A stretch of 63,738 nt of DNA, the filler included, from Chiloscyllium plagiosum (Eukaryota): assembly GCF_004010195.1 (NCBI RefSeq). It is 4 parts of one record of this genome, joined end to end, with 100 filler letters (N's around TTAATTAATTAA, not from the genome) between each part and the next. Parts side by side here need not be neighbours in the genome. Positions count along the whole stretch, not along the records: positions 60,534 to 63,738 come from NC_057717.1; 3 more parts are not named here. One strand, given 5' to 3'. A model generated the notes under the pieces. That model saw only the letters and a list, made by a program, of their open reading frames with translations, was not told the origin of the DNA and made no database searches. The stretch's first letter is position 1, and the number at the start of each line of letters is the position of its first letter. This document shows, in pieces, positions 60,841 to 63,738 of the stretch. Made by a program: the position numbers and the translations under genes.

Positions 60841-61549
60841 ACAGATATAGACAGACAGAGATATATATACTGGGCCACAGAGAAAATGTAAACAGAGAGA
60901 GTACACAATGGAAAGATACACACTAAAAACGTATAGATTGATCTTCCAAACAGCAATTGATCAGTGGTTAATCTCAAATCTGAGGTTGGGATTATTGTTG
61001 GTGAAAAGCCTGAGCAATATTGGGCCAGAAGTCACTGTGGAGATATCTAGGGTTAAATGGTAGATTGGTCTTGATCACAGTGAATGGGGGAAAAGAGGCA
61101 GGAGGGGCCTCCTCCCTTTCCCCCATCACCATATCCCCCTGTTCCTTCCTCCCCTGGGTGTTCATCGAGATTCCCCCTTAATGCCCCAGTTTAACTACTC
61201 CCCTAGGGAGTGAATCCCACTCTGTGGGAGAATACATTTCTCCTGAATTCCCAATTGGATTACTGACCCTGTTAGACAGATGGGCTTGGCTGAAACATCT
61301 TCCGTCCGTCCGTCTGTTCAACCAATAACCTTTGGAATTTTAAAGACCATGAACAAATCACCACCCTCAACCTTGCAGAAACGATCGCCAGTCCTGTCCA
61401 ACTCCCAGATCGAGGGTCACCCTTTGTCCTGCGCCTCTATTTTATTGTGATATGGAGAAACTGAGAGGGGACAGCCAAGTGGTGAGGAAAGCTCCAAAGC
61501 AATTGAGGAGGCTACAGTTTGAATTAGGAGATTGCCATCCACAAAATGC

Positions 61550-62125
61550 ACCGCTCCTCTGTGTCTCACCTGTTGGCGAGGCCTCTCCTGGATTACTGTG
61601 TGTAGTCCTGGTCGCTCTGTTATCGGGAGGATATTACCAAAGTGGAGATGGTTCAGAAGAGATTCACCAGCATGTTGTCGGGAATGGGGGGGTTTGGGTT
61701 AGAAAGAGAGGCTGGATCAGCTGGGACTTTTTTCACTGGAGCGCAGGAGGTTGAGGGGTGACCTTATAGAGGTTTATAAAATCTTGGTAGGCGAATGGCA
61801 GGTTTCTATTCCCTAGTGGGGGGAGATTGGGTGGAATTGCAAGACCAGGCAGCGTATTTTGAAGCTGACAGGAGAAAGATTTTAAAAAGACACGAGGGCT
61901 AACGTTTTCGCTCAGAGAGTGGTTCCTGTGTGGAATGAACTCACAGAGGAAGTGGTGGATGTGGGGACAGTTTGAAAGACAGTTGGATAAGTTCATGAAT
62001 AAGAGATATTCACCGGAACGAGGGCCAAGCGCAGGCAGGTGGGACTAGTTTTATTTGGGATTGTGGTTGGCACGGACTGGTCGGACCGAAGGGTCTGTTT
62101 CTGTGCTGCATGACTCTATGACTAG
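61550..62125 (+). mobile_element. CR1 3' end
   Basis: LARPLLDYCV.SWS...VQKRFTSML...[13 protein letters not shown] and the tail GGACCGAAGGGTCTGTTTCTGTGCTG.ATGACTCTATGACT. Confidence 0.88.
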
Positions 62126-62620
62126 AGAAAGACACAGAGGAAGAGCAGGAGACAGGCAACAAATCAGAGAAGGACTGAGAGAGAGAGAGAGAAATTTACA
62201 GACACAGCAAATGATCCGGACTGAGACCCAAAGATAGAAAGCGCAAGAGGTATGGAGAGAGGGAGACACACACACACTCACGCACACACACAGGCAGCAA
62301 GAGGTAAAGACAACGAGTGATACCGATGGACTGAGACAGAGAGAGACGATCAGTGAGGGGGGAACTGTGAGAGACAGAGAGAGACCCAGAGACAGTGTAA
62401 AAGCCCCAGGGAGAGACAGAGAGGGAGACACACACACACAGTCAGCAAGAGATAGAGACAACGAGCGATACAGATGGACTGAGACAGGGAGAGAATCAGT
62501 GAGAGACAGAGCAATAGATACAGGGAGAGACAGAGACACACACACACAGAGAAAGAAACAGATACAGCAAGAGATAGAGACAGACAATGATGCTGGTGGA
62601 GTGAGACAGAGAGAGAATCA
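62126..62620. repeat. GA/CA-rich low-complexity region
   Basis: Degenerate GAGA/GACA/CACA repeats. Confidence 0.85.
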
Positions 62621-63237
62621 ATGAGGGGAGAACTGTGAATGATATCCGGGAACAGCTTGAGTGCTGAGATCTTCAGCTCGGAATTAATGACGCTTCCGAC
62701 AAATTGCGTGGAACATTCTGGAGACTCTCTACTCCTAGCGACCTGCGACATGCCAGAACTACGATGCCTTCCCCATTGATTAACAGAGCACCTGAGGCAA
62801 GACGTGCTGTTAATGAAAAGGTTCAAAGTGCAGGGAGAATTTCAGCACATCAGCAGGCTTCGGAAAACAAATGAGATCTCAGCTGCAAATAATTGAAGAA
62901 TGTTTTGCAAAAAAAAATGTAATTACTGCATCCTTTTATAAACTTATAAGTGTTATGTAAGTGATATTTACCAAGCCTTTTCAATACTGACAGTGGTAAA
63001 TTATTCGGGTCTTAAAGGGAAACCGCTTAACTCTGAGATAAAACTGAGGATTCATCATCAATTCTTCCCATTCTTTTCCTTAAAAGGACTGGCAATCAGC
63101 TCCTGAAATGTGGGCATGGTTTGCAGTTCTATAGAACCTTTGACCATCTCAGGGTGACTCAATGAACATCAAAGCTGTGCACTTACTTCTGAAGCTGCTT
63201 TGGCTGTGTAGATATCTCCAGCAGAGTAAGGCCTTTG

Positions 63238-63738
63238 AATCATAGACTCCCTACAGTATGGAAACAGGCCCTTCGGCCCAACAATTCCACACTGACCCTG
63301 CGCAGAGTAACCCACCCAGTCCTATTCCCCTACTCTATTATCCTATATTTACCACTGACTAATTCACCTAACCTACACATCTCTGGGAACTATGGGACAA
63401 TTTAGCACGGCCAATCCACCCTAACCTGCACAGCCCTGGACACTATGGGACAATTTAGCACGGCCAATCCATCCTCTCCTGTACATCCCTGGACACTATG
63501 GGACAATTTAGCATGGCCAATCCACCCTAACCTACACATCTCTGGGCACTATGGGACAATTTAGCACGGCCAATCCACCCTAACCTTCACATCTCTGGGC
63601 ACTATGGGACAATTTAGCACGGCCAATCCACCCTAACTTTCACATCTCTGGGCACTATGGGACAGTTTAGCACGGCCAATCCACCCTAACCTACACATCT
63701 CTGGGCACTATGGGACAATTTAGCACGGCCAATCCACC
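63238..63738 (-). repeat. V-SINE tail followed by a 51-53-bp minisatellite amplified from the SINE body (7 or more copies, runs off the window)
   Basis: GGAAACAGGCCCTTCGGCCC tail, then unit CTAACCTACACATCTCTGGGCACTATGGGACAATTTAGCACGGCCAATCCACC. Confidence 0.92.

Noticed and set aside
62051..62587. Hydrophobic Leu/Ser/Cys ORFs (also 60478-60977)
   Set aside because: Translations of CT/GT-rich simple repeats.

Overview
Repeat-dominated eukaryotic genomic DNA, almost certainly from an elasmobranch (shark): it carries HE1-like V-SINEs, HER1/CR1 LINEs, Penelope-like elements, a Harbinger Myb/SANT remnant, a Tigger-type MITE and two class I (gamma/epsilon-like) ERVs. I found no intact host protein-coding gene, only a few weak exon candidates. 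The assembly has four plain N gaps and three artificial 44N-TTAATTAATTAA-44N contig linkers, so long-range adjacency is uncertain. Main points: (1) two large, oppositely oriented G-rich tandem arrays (about 1.2-4.8 kb on +, about 9.5-14.0 kb on -) whose ~73-bp unit is the tRNA-derived head of the V-SINE with both Pol III boxes altered, one still fused to a SINE body; (2) minimal hammerhead ribozyme motifs in Penelope-type repeats, one inside a CR1 > Penelope > Tigger-MITE nest; (3) a duplicated block whose second copy lost about 12 kb by SINE-SINE recombination, leaving a chimeric SINE; (4) a young ERV with env fused directly to the end of the 3' LTR, and overlapping pol-stop/env-start junctions in both ERVs. 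Boundaries of old elements are approximate, and family names come from motif recognition, not database searches.
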